DNA from: an uncultured Candidatus Rokubacteria bacterium
GTDB lineage: Bacteria; Methylomirabilota; Methylomirabilia; Rokubacteriales; CSP1-6
Assembly: GCA_963771355.1 (NCBI GenBank)
Contig: CAVYTA010000005.1
Location: 128,001 to 192,000, forward strand
Direction: 5' to 3'
DNA length: 64,000 bases
Positions 61,694 to 64,000 of the stretch are shown here, piece after piece; position 1 is the first letter of the stretch, and the number at the start of each line of letters is the position of its first letter. A program made the translations under genes and the position numbers. Under the pieces are notes generated by a model. It saw nothing but the letters and a program-made list of their open reading frames with translations. It did no database searches and was not told the origin of the DNA.

Positions 61694-62317
61694 ATGCGAG
61701 CCAGCCCGGCATCCCTCGTTTTTGTCTTTCCCACCCTCGCTCTCGCCCTGGTCCTGACCGGCTGTCCCAAGCGCCCGCTGCTACCGCCGCCGGTGGCGCC
61801 GGCCCCGGTGGCCGCGCCGGCGCCCCCGCCCCCGCCCGCCCCCGCTCCGGCTCCGGCTCCCGCGCCGCCGCCCGCGGTGGTCGCGCCGGCGCCCACTCCT
61901 GCTCCGGCCCCCGCGCCGATGCCGGTGGCGCCGCCCACTCCTGCCCCCACGCCGGCGCCGCCGAAGGAGTACGCGGCGAACGACGCGCTCAAGCCCATCC
62001 AGTTCGACTTCGACAAGGCCGTCATCCGTCCCGGCGACGCGAAGATCCTCGACGCCAGCGGGGACTGGCTGAGGCGCAACTCGGACAATCTGCTGCTCAT
62101 CGAGGGGCACTGCGACCAACGCGGCACCGCGGAGTACAACCTGGCGCTCGGCGAGCGGCGGGCCAAGGCCGCGATGGACTACCTGGTCTCCAAGGGCGTG
62201 TCGGGGGACCGCATCACCATCGTGTCCTTCGGCAAGGAGCGGCCCCTCTGCACCGAGTCAACCGAGGCCTGCTACGCCCGGAACCGGCGTGACCAGTTCC
62301 TCACCAAGGACCGCTAG
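61694..62317 (+). CDS. pal: Peptidoglycan-associated lipoprotein with long Pro/Ala linker
   Basis: Lipobox LTGC; FDFDK, IEGHCDQRGTAEYNLALGERRA, SFGKERP, NRR. Confidence 0.9.
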   Translation: MRASPASLVFVFPTLALALVLTGCPKRPLLPPPVAPAPVAAPAPPPPPAPAPAPAPAPPPAVVAPAPTPAPAPAPMPVAPPTPAPTPAPPKEYAANDALKPIQFDFDKAVIRPGDAKILDASGDWLRRNSDNLLLIEGHCDQRGTAEYNLALGERRAKAAMDYLVSKGVSGDRITIVSFGKERPLCTESTEACYARNRRDQFLTKDR

Positions 62318-62447
62318 GCAGTAGCTGTCGAGGCCGTGGTTCAGAGCGCGAGACGCTCGTCGGGGCGAGCGCGCTCTGGACCATCGGCCGGGTCGCGGCC
62401 GTGAAGGCGGTTGCCCGAGGCACGCCGCGCTGCTACGCTCGGCGCCG

Positions 62448-63557
62448 ATGACGCCCGCCTACGAGGGCGATCCCGAACCGCCCAAGCTCGTGCCGCCCAA
62501 GCTGTTACTGAAGGAGCAAGGGTATCTCGCGAGACGAGCGGTCGCCGTCGGGCTCAGCCTCGGCGTCTGCCTATCCGTGTGGCCGGCGGCCGTTGACGCG
62601 CAGAGTGTGGGTGACGTGTTCCGGCGCGCGGCCCCCTCGGTGGTGGTGATCCGGGCCCGGGGGCGGGACGTGGAGGCGAGCGGGCAGACGCGCTTCAGCG
62701 AGACGGGCTCCGGCGTGCTCATCTCCAGCGACGGCAAGGTGATGACGGCGGCCCACGTGGTCCATACCATGGACGAGGTCACGGTGGAGTTCCTGGGCGG
62801 GGAGACGGTCAAGGCCCGCGTGCTCTCCTCCGAGCCCGCCGCCGATCTCTCGCTCCTCCAGCTCGAGCGCGTGCCGGCGGGGACGCGCGTGGCCAGGCTG
62901 GCCGACTCCAACGCGGTGAGGGTGGGCGATCAGGTGATGGTGATCGGCGCCCCCTACGGGCTCAGCCATTCCCTCAGCGTGGGCTGGATCAGCGCCCGCT
63001 GGGCTCCGAACACCGTGTACAAGGCCCTCCCGCTGGCCGAGTTCTTCCAGACCGACGCCAGCATCAATACCGGCAATTCGGGCGGCCCCATGCTCAACAT
63101 GGCCGGCGAGGTGATCGGCATCGTCAGCCACAACATCTCGAAGAGCGGGGGCAGCGAGGGCCTGGGCTTCGTGGCCACCGTCAATACCGCCAAGCAGCTT
63201 CTCCTGGAGCGGCGCTCCTTCTGGACGGGGCTCGAGGGCCAGCTCCTCTCCTCGGAGCTCGCCGACCTCTTCAATCTCCCGCCGCGGATGCTCGGCTTCA
63301 TGGTCAAGACGGTGGCCAAGGGCTCGCCGGCGGACGAGATGGGGATACGTGGCGGCACCAAGACCGCCGTCATCGATGGCCAGACCCTGGTGGTGGGCGG
63401 CGACATCCTGCTCGAGGTCGAAGGCATCACCGTGGGCAGCGCCGCCGACGCCATCCGGATCCGGGATCACATGGGCCAGCTCTCCTCCGGGTCGCCCATC
63501 AAGGCCAAGGTGATGCGGGCGGGGCACGTGCTCGAGCTCGAGGGCACGGTACCGTGA
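62448..63557 (+). CDS. HtrA/DegP-like trypsin serine protease with PDZ domain
   Basis: GSGV, TAAHVV (His), DLSLL (Asp), QTDASINTGNSGGP (Ser), C-terminal PDZ. Exact start uncertain. Confidence 0.9.
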   Translation: MTPAYEGDPEPPKLVPPKLLLKEQGYLARRAVAVGLSLGVCLSVWPAAVDAQSVGDVFRRAAPSVVVIRARGRDVEASGQTRFSETGSGVLISSDGKVMTAAHVVHTMDEVTVEFLGGETVKARVLSSEPAADLSLLQLERVPAGTRVARLADSNAVRVGDQVMVIGAPYGLSHSLSVGWISARWAPNTVYKALPLAEFFQTDASINTGNSGGPMLNMAGEVIGIVSHNISKSGGSEGLGFVATVNTAKQLLLERRSFWTGLEGQLLSSELADLFNLPPRMLGFMVKTVAKGSPADEMGIRGGTKTAVIDGQTLVVGGDILLEVEGITVGSAADAIRIRDHMGQLSSGSPIKAKVMRAGHVLELEGTVP

Positions 63558-63567
63558 GGAGACGCTG

Positions 63568-64000
63568 ATGGGATTCGCGGACTACGAGCGCTACGACGGC
63601 CTCGGCCTCGCCGGCTTGGTGCGAGGGGGCGAGCTGAAGGCGGAAGAGGTGCTCGAGGCCGCCATCGAGCGGGTGGAGGCCTTGAATCCCGCCCTGAACG
63701 CGGTGGTGACCCGGCTGTACGACCAGGCGCGCGCGGCCCTGGCCGCTGGCGTCCCCGCGGGGCCGTTCACCGGCGTGCCCTATGCCCTGAAGGATCTCGG
63801 AGCGCTCTATGCCGGGGCGGTGACCAGCTACGGGAGCCGGCTCTTCGCCGGCGCGGTGGCGGACCACGACAGCGAATATACGGCGCGGCTGAAGCGGGCC
63901 GGACTGGTCATCCTCGCCAAGACCAACACCCCTGAGATGGGGCTGGCGCCGTCCACCGAGCCGCGGCTCTTCGGCCCCACGCGCAATCCGTGGAACCGTG
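63568..64000 (+). CDS. Amidase signature family protein, runs off the window end
   Basis: Manual translation MGFADYERYDGLGLAGLV..LNPALNAVV..GPFTGVPYALKDL..LAKTNTPEMG..GPTRNPWN; AGGAG RBS. Not in the ORF track. Confidence 0.9.
   Translation, partial: MGFADYERYDGLGLAGLVRGGELKAEEVLEAAIERVEALNPALNAVVTRLYDQARAALAAGVPAGPFTGVPYALKDLGALYAGAVTSYGSRLFAGAVADHDSEYTARLKRAGLVILAKTNTPEMGLAPSTEPRLFGPTRNPWNR

Overview
GC-rich (roughly 70%) bacterial chromosomal window, dense in transport and catabolic genes. It holds two complete Liv-type ABC operons plus an orphan permease, an Fe3+/polyamine-type ABC operon with EthD/SDR/2OG-oxygenase genes, three amidohydrolases, a copper amine oxidase, a D-amino acid dehydrogenase and a proline-racemase-family enzyme. 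Housekeeping genes include groES-groEL behind a CIRCE operator, ahcY behind an SAH riboswitch, and pal. The gene content is reminiscent of Candidatus Rokubacteria/Methylomirabilota, but that is only an impression. Signals the ORF track misses: (1) a probable selenoprotein at 35680-37323, split by an in-frame UGA in a G-H-U-S-T-C redox motif with a fdhF-like SECIS hairpin 17 nt downstream, fused to a large uncharacterised domain; (2) an IS481-family element at 37348-38381 with terminal inverted repeats and a 6-bp GCTAGG target duplication that supplies the transposase stop codon; (3) a divergent PrsT-like TPR lipoprotein / PEP-CTERM-like (VPVP) surface-protein pair with a sigma54 promoter and TTTACA enhancer-like motif, both heavily frameshifted; (4) a recurring palindrome TTGGACC-N2-GGTCCAA around an orphan FixJ/NodW-type regulator; (5) several gene remnants. 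Many single-base frameshifts fall in homopolymer or GC runs and look like long-read indel errors. No rRNA, tRNA or CRISPR array was seen.
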